Positions 30,294 to 40,390 are shown, counted from the stretch's first letter. The stretch is 64,000 nt of DNA from an uncultured Pseudomonadota bacterium (GCA_963736005.1 CAVTNB010000001.1:544001-608000), one strand, 5' to 3'. The notes: generated by a model from the sequence alone, not told the origin. Translations and numbers: made by a program.

Positions 30294-30711
30294 CTAGCTC
30301 CGCTATGGTGCGCTGATCTGATGAAATCCGGCACCTGGAGAAATGTTGGAGTTGATCACGTCTCCACCTGCATGCTTGAAGTAGCTGCTTTTCGGCCCGG
30401 TTCACACTTGAAATGAGTCGCCGGTCATCGGATCGGTCGCATTTTGAAGACCAGTGAGCTGTGTCACCGAAGCTCGAAACCTGGCGGCTTGTGCGTTCAG
30501 GGTGGGCTGTACGAGAACCCGAGATAGGGTTCTTTCCAAGGCACGGGCGCTAGAGGACGCGCACCTCGAGGGACATTCGAGGCATATTTTGCCCGCACGC
30601 AATCGACACACTGGTGGGCCTTAAGTCAGTTGTGCGTGCCCACCGTTGGACCTATACTCAAGAGCGTTAGTCGGTCCCAACCCATTTGTCGCCATGTCAA
30701 AGGAGGTCACA

Positions 30712-32493
30712 ATGCGCGCCCCTTTCTATCGCGCGTTTTTCGGTGTGTTCGTGCTCGCGTTTTGCGCCACTATTTTAACGAACTTTTCTTCTGCCCAAGC
30801 CAGTCCTGGGCGCGTTCTAAACCTGGGCCACGGCATGACAGTGCAGCTAGCCAAAGGTCAGCCCGGACGGTTGCGCGTTGTGAGAATGCAGGCCATCAAG
30901 CGCGTGGCACTTTCCTCATCGACGCATCAGCGCAACTTTGGAGACATGCCCTTCCTCACCCGCTGGAGTCCAGCAGCATGGGCGTCCATCAAAGCTCGGG
31001 CATCCCGTAACGTGATGGCGCCGCAAGATACACGCGCCGCCTTTTCGACCCTTACCTCTACCGTCGCTGCTGCGCCGCTCGAACACATCACGGGCATGAC
31101 GGACAGCGGGCTCATCTGCGGTTACTTTGGCACGGGGTGCCAACCGCCGGATATGGCTGTCGCTGCGTCCCCCAACTGGACCGTGCAAATGGTCAACACC
31201 TCAATAGCCATCTTCGACCGGCACGGCGTCATGGTACTCGGCTTCCCTATCGATGCACCGACCTTCTTTGGCATTCCCAACCCCGGATCGTGCACTCCGT
31301 TCGGCGTGCCGTTTACCACAGACCCACGCGCCTTCTACGATCCCAATGATCAACGCTTCTTCCTGGTGATTGGGGCGCAAAACGGCGTCGCTGATGCCTG
31401 TCCGTTCTCCTCAACCTTCTACGTCGCAGCGAGCCAGACGAGCGACCCAACAGGGACGTGGAACGTGTATAGCTTCAACGCCGATCCGTTGGGAGTTGGC
31501 GCTTTTGGAGACTTCACACAACTTGGTTTCGATGCGACTGCCGTTTACATCGGCATGAATTCTTTCCCGGTCACGAGCGGTGGATTTACAACCTGCCCGT
31601 TAGGATATTGCTGGGCTCAAACGCTGCTGATCGACAAGCACGGCATGGAGAACGGCGCGTCGGTTGCAGCTCCAAATCTCCTCTTCGATTACACGGTCAA
31701 CGGTTTTCCACTTGACTCGGTACAACCCGTCGAAACGATAGCCAACCTAGCCCAGCAGCCAAGCGCGACATCATTGATTTCCGCGGCGAATTTCTTTGGA
31801 CCAGATGGCAATGGCTGCTTCCCAGAGGTTTGCAACCAGCTGTATGTCTTTGGCATCTCAAATCCGTTAGGCACGCCCAAGGTTACGAGCAAAGTCGCCA
31901 CCGCTCCAGGCTGGACCTATCCTCCGAACGGGGATGAGCCTGGGTGCGGAGGCTGCGTGGCAACCAATGACAGCCGCATCGACGGACAACCAATCTACAG
32001 TCCCTACAAGGGCGGTACGATCTCGTTTGCTCTCGGGACGGGAGTTCGCATTGGCAGTTTGACGTGGCCGGGAAACCTTTGGGGTGAAGTGAGCGTCTCG
32101 TCCTCCGGAGGGGCGCTGACCAGCGCGTCATTTGGCCAAGGCGGATACATTGACGCTATCGGCGTGACGAATTCGTTCGCTGACACAATGCTCACCCCAT
32201 CGGGTTCGCTGTTCGTGGTCAGCGATGTGATGAGTCCGGTAAACTATCCGGAATTTGTCTATCGCGTACGACGGCCAGGAGATCCACTCGGAACCTTGAG
32301 TTCACCGGTGCTCGTTCAACCCGGTCTCGATAGCTACTTCCCGCAATTCGGAATCCCCGGATTCGGCAACTTGCGCTGGGGCGATTACGAAGCGTCATCC
32401 TACACCGGATTCTCGGATAACAAAGTCTGGATCGCATCAGAGTATCCCAACACAGACTATGACTGGGGATCATCCATGGCAGAAGTCAAGTAA
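30712..32493 (+). CDS. Large secreted Cys-pair-rich hypothetical protein
   Basis: AAGGAGG RBS, signal peptide, PPDMAVAA, DPRAFYD, RWGDY. Confidence 0.75.
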   Translation: MRAPFYRAFFGVFVLAFCATILTNFSSAQASPGRVLNLGHGMTVQLAKGQPGRLRVVRMQAIKRVALSSSTHQRNFGDMPFLTRWSPAAWASIKARASRNVMAPQDTRAAFSTLTSTVAAAPLEHITGMTDSGLICGYFGTGCQPPDMAVAASPNWTVQMVNTSIAIFDRHGVMVLGFPIDAPTFFGIPNPGSCTPFGVPFTTDPRAFYDPNDQRFFLVIGAQNGVADACPFSSTFYVAASQTSDPTGTWNVYSFNADPLGVGAFGDFTQLGFDATAVYIGMNSFPVTSGGFTTCPLGYCWAQTLLIDKHGMENGASVAAPNLLFDYTVNGFPLDSVQPVETIANLAQQPSATSLISAANFFGPDGNGCFPEVCNQLYVFGISNPLGTPKVTSKVATAPGWTYPPNGDEPGCGGCVATNDSRIDGQPIYSPYKGGTISFALGTGVRIGSLTWPGNLWGEVSVSSSGGALTSASFGQGGYIDAIGVTNSFADTMLTPSGSLFVVSDVMSPVNYPEFVYRVRRPGDPLGTLSSPVLVQPGLDSYFPQFGIPGFGNLRWGDYEASSYTGFSDNKVWIASEYPNTDYDWGSSMAEVK

Positions 32494-32515
32494 CCATCTG
32501 TCATTCGCGCAAAGC

Positions 32516-32553
32516 AAAAGGGGTCGGCCAGATAGGTCGGCCCCTTCCATTTT
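32516..32553. terminator. Rho-independent terminator, likely bidirectional
   Basis: AAAA-GGGGTCGGCC-AGATA-GGTCGGCCCC-TTCCATTTT between convergent genes. Confidence 0.7.
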
Positions 32554-32585
32554 GTTCCTAAGGCTGGCCCCGCCGCTTAGGTAGA

Positions 32586-33161
32586 CTACTCGTGCTGCAT
32601 CGCATGACGTCTTTCATAGCGGTGATCCATGCGGCCTGGCATATCCTCGCTCGGCCCGGTCCACACGCAGCTGAAATGCAACCGCTCCAGGAGGCGGATT
32701 GAAGCAATATTGTCCGTGTCCACCACCGCTAGAACGCTTGTGACACCGTACTCCTCACCGAGCATGCGTATGAGCTCACTGCACGCTTCGGTTGCGTACC
32801 CACGTCGCCAGAAATCAGGAAAGATGTCGTACCCAATTGTTGCGACGCGTGACGCAATGGTTGCTTGCACCCATCCGATGTAGGGTCCACGTTTCTCCCG
32901 AACGGCATAGTTCAGCCATGTCTGCGTTCCATCTGGAGACTGTCGCAATGCCCAGCCGGCGTAACGCTGCTCGAGCTCCTCGATGCTCGCGGGAGGCGGG
33001 CCGGCATGAAATTGGTAGAGTCGAGGGTCTTGCAAGAATTCGAAAAGATGCCGCGCATGTGTCGGCAACAACGGCTCCAATTGCAAACGCCGGGTCGCTA
33101 GGACTCGTTCTGAAATCAGGGCGGGCAGCCTTGCTTCTGCCAGCTCTTGAAGCGAGCACAC
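32586..33161 (-). CDS. GNAT acetyltransferase (RimJ/RimL-like); start uncertain
   Basis: TRRLQLEPL, IGYDIFPDFWRRGYATEA, NIASIRLLERLHF. Confidence 0.85.
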   Translation of the reverse strand: MCSLQELAEARLPALISERVLATRRLQLEPLLPTHARHLFEFLQDPRLYQFHAGPPPASIEELEQRYAGWALRQSPDGTQTWLNYAVREKRGPYIGWVQATIASRVATIGYDIFPDFWRRGYATEACSELIRMLGEEYGVTSVLAVVDTDNIASIRLLERLHFSCVWTGPSEDMPGRMDHRYERRHAMQHE

Positions 33162-33364
33162 ATCTCATCGGTCCACTGTGGTTCTCCAGCGCTGTCCGGT
33201 GGCATCGTCTTTTCACGGACGGCGGCATAGATTGCGACAGCGTGATCGGCAACGTCATCACGACTGCTAAGATCCATGCCCGCTGCCTTCATATGCTCGA
33301 TGTCTAAGTCGGTGAACATCGGTCGAATGTCCCGTGCAAAACTCACCGTTGGATTCGTGCTCAT
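33116..33364 (-). CDS. Small conserved hypothetical protein
   Basis: VSFARDIRPMF...MPP...W...FKSW; GGAG RBS. Confidence 0.7.
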   Translation of the reverse strand: MSTNPTVSFARDIRPMFTDLDIEHMKAAGMDLSSRDDVADHAVAIYAAVREKTMPPDSAGEPQWTDEMCARFKSWQKQGCPP

Positions 33365-33383
33365 CAAAGTCTCCTCTGAACTC

Positions 33384-33854
33384 TTAGCCGTGCTGCGCGG
33401 CGGTGCGCAGCGCATTGCCCGTTAGATTCATCGTTGTCCACTCGGCCAGCGCATCGGCGCCCGCTTTCTTGAAGAAACCCAGCCCTTTATCATTCCACGC
33501 GAGAACATTGAAGACGAGCGCGTAGCTGTTTGCTTTAATGGCGATGTTTGCCACGGCGGCGAGGAGGGCAGTTGCGATGTTCTTCTTGCGAAAATCAGGA
33601 CGCACGTAGAGATCTTCCAAGAACGTGCCTTTACCCTGAAAGGAAGAATAACACTCGTGAAAGAGCGCATAGCCGGCGGGTTCGCGGTCCCAGAGTGCGA
33701 GCAACACGTGAAAGCGATGCTGCTCTCCAAACCCGTCGGCGAGGAGTTCTTGCTCGCTGATGGTGACGGGGAGGCGTTCGTACGAGCCCATTTCCTCGAT
33801 CATGGTTTTGAGCAAAGGAACGTCGTGCGGCTCTGCGTTCCTGATGAGGACTAT
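33384..33854 (-). CDS. GNAT acetyltransferase (spermidine/diamine acetyltransferase-like)
   Basis: IRNAEPHDVPLL, FLEDLYVRPDFR, VLAWN; AAGGAG RBS points to an ATA codon at 33854. Confidence 0.85.
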   Translation of the reverse strand: MVLIRNAEPHDVPLLKTMIEEMGSYERLPVTISEQELLADGFGEQHRFHVLLALWDREPAGYALFHECYSSFQGKGTFLEDLYVRPDFRKKNIATALLAAVANIAIKANSYALVFNVLAWNDKGLGFFKKAGADALAEWTTMNLTGNALRTAAQHG

Positions 33855-33882
33855 GATGATTCTCCTTGACGTACCATCGAGG

Positions 33883-34128
33883 TTAGCTCTTCTGAGGCTT
33901 CTGAGGAAATAGACTTACTAGCAATAGGACACCTCCGAGACCCATGATGCCTATACTGCCGGTATGCAGCATCTGAGCGTTGTGGCACCTAGCGGCAAGA
34001 CTCTGGTCGAAGACCTGTCCGATGCTTGTAAGAACCGTCTGGCATTGCTGATAAGCCGACTGATTGGTCAAGAACACCACAAAACCGATCAACAACACAA
34101 CAATTGCCAGAATGGAAAAACTGCTCAT
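33883..34128 (-). CDS. Small two-TM membrane protein
   Basis: Two hydrophobic segments flanking a Cys-pair loop. Confidence 0.55.
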   Translation of the reverse strand: MSSFSILAIVVLLIGFVVFLTNQSAYQQCQTVLTSIGQVFDQSLAARCHNAQMLHTGSIGIMGLGGVLLLVSLFPQKPQKS

Positions 34129-34267
34129 GTCTTTGATTCCTGGGCGATGAAGTTGTGAAAAATAAGATTGAGAGGATCTCTTGGATCCATGAACGCGGCA
34201 AGCATGCCCATGCGGTTGACGCCGACCATTCGGATGATCGCGCCGCGTATTCCAAAGAGAAATTCTT

Positions 34268-34342
34268 TCGGGCCGACTGGATTCGAACCAGCGATCTCCT
34301 GCCCCCCAGACAGGCGCGATAACCAGGCTTCGCTACGGCCCG
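34268..34342 (-). tRNA. tRNA-Pro (anticodon GGG), CCA not encoded
   Basis: CGGGCCG acceptor stem, D arm TAGCGAAGCCTGGTTATCGC, anticodon arm CCTGT-CTGGGGG-GCAGG, T loop GGTTCGAATCC. Confidence 0.95.
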
Positions 34343-34763
34343 ACCTTTATTTCATGATGTTTTGCGCGATTGTGCTGTTGCCGTTAGTCTCCCATTGGAA
34401 AAATCAATCTAATTTTTTCACGCTGTGGGTAGTGCCTAGGGTCATTTCCGCATCGGCATGAAATCGAGGTATGTCTTCGCAAAAGGGTTCCCAAATCATT
34501 CACGCCCTAACGTGATTGTGTCCGAAAGGCAGGCGCAAATAATAAGGCTCAGCCTGTAGTGCGCATGCTTTTGCAACAGATAGTTAGGGTCAGAGCGAGT
34601 GTATTTTGAGGTTCGGTGAGAGAGCGCTCGAACTCCGCTGGCGGAACGTAGCCTAAAGCTGATGCAAAGGGTTCGACATCAACGACTGAGCCCACGTGGA
34701 CTTCGATTTTTGGTTCGGTGACGGATTGTCACCCGCTCCCAACCCACTGACGAGAGGTCTCAA

Positions 34764-35264
34764 ATGAAAATCGTCGCATTCACAGCTATTCTCGCGGCAC
34801 TGCTCACTCTACGGGCACTGTGTGCGGGGTCTGTGGAATCACCGTACCCCGCCGGCAGCGTGACTGCTGCCTCAATCGATTGTCGCAGCGCTGCCGCCCC
34901 AGCTGCTGATCCCACGCTGACCTTCAGCATCACGAACAGGGGCACATCGGACCTTCAGGTGTGGAGCTTCCCGATATTTGTCATGGTTCACCTCACGATA
35001 AAGGAGAGTGGCACAGGGAAGATCATCCCTCAAACGGAGGTCAGTGAACCACCGAGAAGCCCGCGGGTCGTTGCAGTGTTGAAACCCGGCCAGACCATAG
35101 CTCTAAAGGATTGGCCACAGGTGAGCCAACCGGCGACTTCCCTGATCCCACTCTCAATGTTCGGCTATCATCTGGCGAGCGGTAACTACATCGTTTCAGC
35201 CTCAACGCCTGGCGCTGAGGGTCGCACGCTCTGGAGCTCTCCGTGCGCAGTAACCGTTCCTTGA
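34764..35264 (+). CDS. Secreted Ig-like hypothetical protein
   Basis: GAGG RBS, signal peptide, LTFSITNRG...LKPGQT...GNYIV. Confidence 0.65.
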   Translation: MKIVAFTAILAALLTLRALCAGSVESPYPAGSVTAASIDCRSAAAPAADPTLTFSITNRGTSDLQVWSFPIFVMVHLTIKESGTGKIIPQTEVSEPPRSPRVVAVLKPGQTIALKDWPQVSQPATSLIPLSMFGYHLASGNYIVSASTPGAEGRTLWSSPCAVTVP

Positions 35265-35274
35265 GCCAACTTGA

Positions 35275-35410
35275 GCCTGAGCGCTGCATAGCTTGTGGCT
35301 CGCGCCGAGGGCAGGCGCTTGCGCCAGGCATAGTACCCGCTGGTGGAGACCTCCAGCACGCGGCACATGGTGGCGATGGGGTAAACGGCCTGATGCACCT
35401 CGCGAGCCCT
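35275..35410 (-). mobile_element. IS3-family transposase OrfB N-terminal relic
   Basis: HQAVYPIATMCRVLEVSTSGYYAWRKRLPSARA; no DDE domain or OrfA follows. Confidence 0.75.
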
Positions 35411-35472
35411 GAATTGCAAGTTGACCCACGGCATGCTATAATCGCTTTGGTTTGACAGACCACTGAGGCACC

Positions 35473-35501
35473 ACCACCCCGATTAGGGGTGGTTTGTTTT
35501 T
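35473..35501 (+). terminator. Rho-independent terminator-like hairpin
   Basis: ACCACCCC-GATTA-GGGGTGGT followed by TTGTTTTT. Confidence 0.65.
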
Positions 35502-35664
35502 GTGCTGTTACCGCCCGTGGTCTAACGTACAGGGACGCGGGTTTGAATTCGTCCTTACACCTGTCTCAGAGACAGGCGCGATCCGCGCGCTTGCAACGTT
35601 CACGCCGACGCATCCTCTGCAGGCGCCAGAACCGGAAGTGTCGGACCTGTCGCGCGACTCGGGC

Positions 35665-37791
35665 CTAAGGCACGCGCACGAGCTCGACTCGCCGGTTGAG
35701 CGCTTTGCCCGTCTCCGCCGCATTCGAAGCGATAGGCCGGGTGAGCCCGTATCCCCTGGCCTCCAGTCTCGACGATGCGATCCGGTACTTGCTCACCAAC
35801 TCGTCGACGACTGCCTGTGCGCGCCGCTCGCTCAATTGCAGGTTGTAGGCCGCGCCGCCATCCGAATCGGTATGACCTTCAACGCGCATGCGCCAGAGCG
35901 GATGGATTTGTAAAACGCGAGCGATCTCGAGGATCGTGGCTTCCGACTGCGATTTGATCCGCGCGCTCGCGACGTCGAAGTGTATTCCATAGGTGCGGGC
36001 TCGGCCTCCCTGTTCGAGCTGCTTTGCGATGGACGGCGCGGCGGGTCGAAGCGCCGCAACGATTCGGCGCGGTCCGTTGCGTTCGAGCGCGACGCGCGCC
36101 ATGCATGGCAATGCAGTCTGCGGCGACAGCCCATACTCCGCGCGCGCGATCTGAATGGCCTGCGGAATACGAGCCCCCATGTCGTCAACGTCGAACCCGT
36201 TGTAAATGAGCACGCCTCGACCGAAGCGAGCATATGCATGCACCCACCCGGATACGCCCTTCGCGTTCTTCGCGAAGAGCAGGCCGCACCAGTGTGGATC
36301 ATTCGTCTGCATGATGTCAGCATCGCCGATTTGCTGCGTCTCGATCGCGAGATAGGCTCGCACGTCGAGAAAATGCGCCCGGTCTTTCGGGTCGTTGCTG
36401 CCGAGCACCGAGGAATCAGCGATCTGCAGCTCGTGGCCGCTAGCGCCGCCGGCTCCAGTCGCCGCGGTTCGGAACGGGTAGGGTATGAACGCGTAGTCGG
36501 AGTGGGAGCAGACGTCGGCGTCGCGGATGATCAAGATATGCCCGTTCGCCACGTAGTCGAGAAGCGCTTTCGTCTGTTCCGATGTCAAGTCGGTATTCGC
36601 CGCGCAGTCATTGGCGAGAATTGCCGCATGCGCGCGGTTGAGCGCGGCCGGCGAAAGCCCCGGCAAGAAGAGCGTCTGGTAGTGGAAGCCGGGTGCGACC
36701 TTGGGGTCGGCCTCAGGACCGCCGTTCGTAGGAATCCGCTTGATCACGAGCACTGTGGGTCCGCTGCCGGCGGCGGCCACGTCGCAGGTCGGAGCCGCCC
36801 CGATTCTGCGGGCCACAAACGGCAGTCCGCTAACTGAACCGACCAAGAGCGACCCCTTCGCGACGACGGTCAAGACGTCGCTGCCTCCGAGCGTGGCAGT
36901 GCCGTTCCGGATTGGGCCGTTCCACAGTGGATCTGTGCGCGTGCACGGTCCACCGCTCATCGCGCCGTCGCGCTCGAAGGTGGCGATTTGGGCTCCATCG
37001 GGCTTTAGGTGGTCGTCTGGATTGACGGCGCCGACAGTCGGCGCGAAGATCATGCCGCCATCGCCGTTCGCGTTGTCGGCAAGCGCCCAGCGTCCATTGA
37101 AGGACAAGGACGGCAGCGTCATGCTGCCGGCTGCCGAAATCGATTCGATAATGAGTGTCCCACCGGGCTTGCGGAGAAAAGTGAACCGCACCCATCGTGC
37201 CTGAAGCGGACCGGCGAGGGTGCCGGTCCGCTCGTAACCCGTTGCGGGGAACGTGATCGTTCCCGCACGGCTGAAAGCCAGGCCATTGACGGAGGCATCA
37301 ACGTCGACGTGCGTGTCTGGATCGGTCGCGCCGTACGTCGTGATGTTGATCGCGTCGATGCGAGCGACCGTCGGGAGCTCGAACAATACCTGCGGTGCTG
37401 TTTTGAAGTCGGGGTGGATCGTCCATCCACCGCCTGAAGCCAAGAGCGGAGCACCGCGGTTCGACGCGGCAACACTCCAGCTCTTTACGAAAGCGCCGCG
37501 CACATAGCTCAGCAGATTGCCTGACGGGCTGGCCGATGCAGAGGGCGACGGAACGGGAGCCGGCGCAGAGCTCGTCGGTTGCGATGCGATCGCCACGGGC
37601 GAGGCCTGCTCGCTAGACGTCGCCGGCGATCCGATCCCCTCAGACGATTGGGGACCCTGCGCACTCGGCGAGGTCGATGGTGGAGTGGCGGCGGGCGCTG
37701 AGGTGGCGCCGCTAGAGCTTTGATTGTGGCCGCAGGCTGACACCGTGACCAATGCGGCGAGGCACAGCGACGTGACAATCCTATTCCTCAT
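35665..37791 (-). CDS. OmpA-domain lipoprotein
   Basis: Lipobox VSAC, Ser/Pro linker, C-terminal GIHFD...VEGHTDSDG...NLQLSERRAQAV...NRRVE. Confidence 0.88.
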   Translation of the reverse strand: MRNRIVTSLCLAALVTVSACGHNQSSSGATSAPAATPPSTSPSAQGPQSSEGIGSPATSSEQASPVAIASQPTSSAPAPVPSPSASASPSGNLLSYVRGAFVKSWSVAASNRGAPLLASGGGWTIHPDFKTAPQVLFELPTVARIDAINITTYGATDPDTHVDVDASVNGLAFSRAGTITFPATGYERTGTLAGPLQARWVRFTFLRKPGGTLIIESISAAGSMTLPSLSFNGRWALADNANGDGGMIFAPTVGAVNPDDHLKPDGAQIATFERDGAMSGGPCTRTDPLWNGPIRNGTATLGGSDVLTVVAKGSLLVGSVSGLPFVARRIGAAPTCDVAAAGSGPTVLVIKRIPTNGGPEADPKVAPGFHYQTLFLPGLSPAALNRAHAAILANDCAANTDLTSEQTKALLDYVANGHILIIRDADVCSHSDYAFIPYPFRTAATGAGGASGHELQIADSSVLGSNDPKDRAHFLDVRAYLAIETQQIGDADIMQTNDPHWCGLLFAKNAKGVSGWVHAYARFGRGVLIYNGFDVDDMGARIPQAIQIARAEYGLSPQTALPCMARVALERNGPRRIVAALRPAAPSIAKQLEQGGRARTYGIHFDVASARIKSQSEATILEIARVLQIHPLWRMRVEGHTDSDGGAAYNLQLSERRAQAVVDELVSKYRIASSRLEARGYGLTRPIASNAAETGKALNRRVELVRVP

Positions 37792-37803
37792 CGACCGACG
37801 CCA

Positions 37804-39291
37804 TCATGAAGGATTGCAGAGCTTGATGTTCTTTGGGACGATTATGCTGAAGTTACGAGTGTAGAAGTTCCAGCTCTTGTTGGCCAGCTTTTGTCCTAGC
37901 AGCCCTGCCTCGTAGCCTCCCCGTGCGATGATGTTCAGGTCGCGGCGCTCGCATGCCACGATCGAGACCGGGCCGGTGGCGATGAAGTTGGCTTGCACAA
38001 AGAAGGCTGCCCAGATGCTGCCGCCTTGCTCACCGAGGATGCTCTCGAGCTCTTCTGGCGCGCCCACTTTCGCTGAGATCTTCGGAGCCATGAGCGTTAC
38101 CGAGAGGCCAAGCGGTGCGAGGGACATGGTCCCCCCATACGATGTGATTTCGCCTTGCGCTTGAACGGAGCCATCTACGCCAGCCGATTGCCCCTGGTCG
38201 ACGTTGACGGCGCCGCCAAACGAGGCATGATATTGGCCCTGCGCCACCGTGGTTTTACTTGAGAAGACGGGCGCAAAGGCAAAACCCGAACCAATCGAGA
38301 TCTGGAACGGGATCGGTCCGATCAAGAACGGCCAAGAAAAACCTAATGGCAGCTTGATGACGTCCGGCGAGTTCCACTTGCTCAGGTCCGTACTGGGTTC
38401 GCCGCCGAGCGCAACTGACCACTCAACGTCGAAGTTGCCTTGCAGCTGCTGGTTGTCGAAGGTGATCTGCGTCGTCTGCCCGTCAGCGACAGTGACATTG
38501 AGCGAGCTCGTCAGGTTGTCCAGTTCGCCTTCGCCAGTCACCTCGGCTTCGCCGCCGCCCGGCACCGACTTCTTCGCCGTGAGATCGATCTTGAGGTCAT
38601 TGGTCTCCGGCGTTAGAGTCAAGTCGACTTTCCAATCTTTGATCTTCTGCTCGTAATGAACGCCGGAACCGGCGAGCGCCGGATCGGCGACCAGGCGCTC
38701 GAACCACGAAGGATCCTCCGCGACGTCCACTCGATGAAAGCCGGGGGGCGTGACGTAGGCGAGACGTGAGAAATCCACAGCGACCTGACCGCCTATGTGA
38801 CCATTGCTAATTGCCTCGTCCAAAGCGACAGGTTCGGTTGCCACGTGCAGCTGGCCATCTTGATTCTCGACGCTCTTGATCTTCCGCAGCGCGAGATTCG
38901 AGAAGAGCACGATGCTGCCGGGCGTCAACGAGGCGATCTGCGCAGCCGAAGAGTCGAAGGTGAGCGTGCCATCACTTGCAACCCCGCGATACGTCTGTTT
39001 GACGGTTCCTGCATCAATGATCTTGGTTTGAGGGTTCCAGGTGACGTTATATGTCTGTTGCGAGGCTGGCACCGCGTTTCCAGGGAGAGCGCTCGTGTTG
39101 ACAGCCGGCGCTTGAGACGAGGCCGTACCTGTCACAGCTTGCGTTGCGGCTGTGCCGGGCGCCGTGCTCGCGCCCGTGGCCGAAGGCCCATTGGGACTTG
39201 CTGTTCCGTTCGAGCCTGAGGAATTCTGCGAGCACGCGATGAGCGTTGCTACGAACGCTAGGGTGAGGAAGCGAACGATCGAGCGCGTCAT
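37804..39291 (-). CDS. Putative lipoprotein, beta-rich
   Basis: Lipobox LIAC, low-complexity linker; ATGA overlap with the upstream gene. Confidence 0.75.
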   Translation of the reverse strand: MTRSIVRFLTLAFVATLIACSQNSSGSNGTASPNGPSATGASTAPGTAATQAVTGTASSQAPAVNTSALPGNAVPASQQTYNVTWNPQTKIIDAGTVKQTYRGVASDGTLTFDSSAAQIASLTPGSIVLFSNLALRKIKSVENQDGQLHVATEPVALDEAISNGHIGGQVAVDFSRLAYVTPPGFHRVDVAEDPSWFERLVADPALAGSGVHYEQKIKDWKVDLTLTPETNDLKIDLTAKKSVPGGGEAEVTGEGELDNLTSSLNVTVADGQTTQITFDNQQLQGNFDVEWSVALGGEPSTDLSKWNSPDVIKLPLGFSWPFLIGPIPFQISIGSGFAFAPVFSSKTTVAQGQYHASFGGAVNVDQGQSAGVDGSVQAQGEITSYGGTMSLAPLGLSVTLMAPKISAKVGAPEELESILGEQGGSIWAAFFVQANFIATGPVSIVACERRDLNIIARGGYEAGLLGQKLANKSWNFYTRNFSIIVPKNIKLCNPS

Positions 39292-39803
39292 GGCGTTGCA
39301 CTCGCGGTCGGTGATTGGTCGCCGAGGCCTTGCACTTGTTTGGCCGCCTGCTGCAACGCGGGAGGCGCTTTGATCGGCGGGCAACTCGGCGGTGCTGTCG
39401 CCGAGCCGCTGTTCAACATCGATGCGGCCTCGCTGCCCACGCACTTTGGATCCGGCACTGCATTCAGATCCCCGGAGACGGCGCCAGGATCGTGAGCTCC
39501 ACCCGACGAGCCGTTCGCATCATCGGTCGCGGCTTGTTGTCCGTTCGCCTGAGCGCTGCCCGTTTGCACTCCAACGCTTTGACTGTCGGCGCTGCCTCCC
39601 GGCTGAGCGGGCCCCGTCAACTGCCCTCCACCGGGTGACAGGAAATGACTCAAGGGCCGGAACTGCGGCGGCACGCAGGCGCCGGCTGAACGAAACCAGA
39701 GCACGAGCGCGATCAGGACCGCTACCTCGACCAACCCGACCAAGACAACGAGTCCGGATCCTATACCGCCACGGCTCGAACGCGGGAAGACCATCTTTTG
39801 CAT
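39288..39803 (-). CDS. Single-TM hypothetical protein
   Basis: GGAGG RBS; TM LVVLVGLVEVAVLIALVLW; G/S/Q-rich tail. Confidence 0.6.
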   Translation of the reverse strand: MQKMVFPRSSRGGIGSGLVVLVGLVEVAVLIALVLWFRSAGACVPPQFRPLSHFLSPGGGQLTGPAQPGGSADSQSVGVQTGSAQANGQQAATDDANGSSGGAHDPGAVSGDLNAVPDPKCVGSEAASMLNSGSATAPPSCPPIKAPPALQQAAKQVQGLGDQSPTASATP

Positions 39804-39824
39804 TGCAATCCATCCTCCGTCGCC

Positions 39825-39857
39825 ATCGTACCGCGCGCCCGTGCCGCGGCCGTGCCG
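39825..39857 (-). promoter_or_regulatory. Heptamer direct-repeat promoter
   Basis: CGGCACG-gccg-CGGCACG-9 nt-TACGAT. Confidence 0.65.
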
Positions 39858-39871
39858 GGGTCGTTGCCCCT

Positions 39872-40320
39872 TTAGCGACAAGTCCGGTGATTCTGACTGA
39901 GAGAAGCCATGGCGACGGTGGAGAGTGCCGGTTTGAACGCCTCGTAGGTGACTGCGTACACATCGCTCGTGCCCACAGAACCCGTGATGACGACATCCAT
40001 CGTTCCGTCAGGCTTGAAGTAGACGTCTTGCGGGCGATTGTAGCGCATGAAATGATACTTCCCAAAACCTGAAAGGTGCGCGTCGTACCACGACACATAC
40101 GTCGCGTCCTTGCCATGCGGCATGTACATGTTTCCTCGCATTTGCGATCCGCAGTAGACCGCGTCCGGAAGCTTCTCGATGAACGGCGCTCCGGGGTAGA
40201 GCGGCAGACCGGTAAGACTGTCTGTGTCCGCTCCGAGCGCCGGCACCCCAGCGGGAGTCCAGCCGCTATGGCTGCCGCCATGCCAAGAATCATCGAAAAC
40301 CCGCGATGATGTGCTTGCAT
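39872..40320 (-). CDS. Secreted hypothetical protein, frameshifted in a G run at 40246-49
   Basis: GGAGG then ATG 40320; adding one G joins signal peptide MQAHH...AAGLPLG to VPALGADTDSLTGLPLYPGA. Confidence 0.65.
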
Positions 40321-40390
40321 GATAGAAAAGCCTCCTGACCACGCCCGCACCAGGAACAGATGTTCACGTCGTGCCGGACTGATGGTCAGA

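Noticed and set aside
34125..34229. 34-codon ORF (MVGVNRMG...) overlapping the start of the gene at 34128
   Set aside because: No RBS or recognisable motif; the ATGA overlap alone is insufficient
34268..34342. tRNA-anchored integrative element
   Set aside because: No integrase or duplicated tRNA 3' end found, and the accessory DNA lies on the tRNA's 5' side
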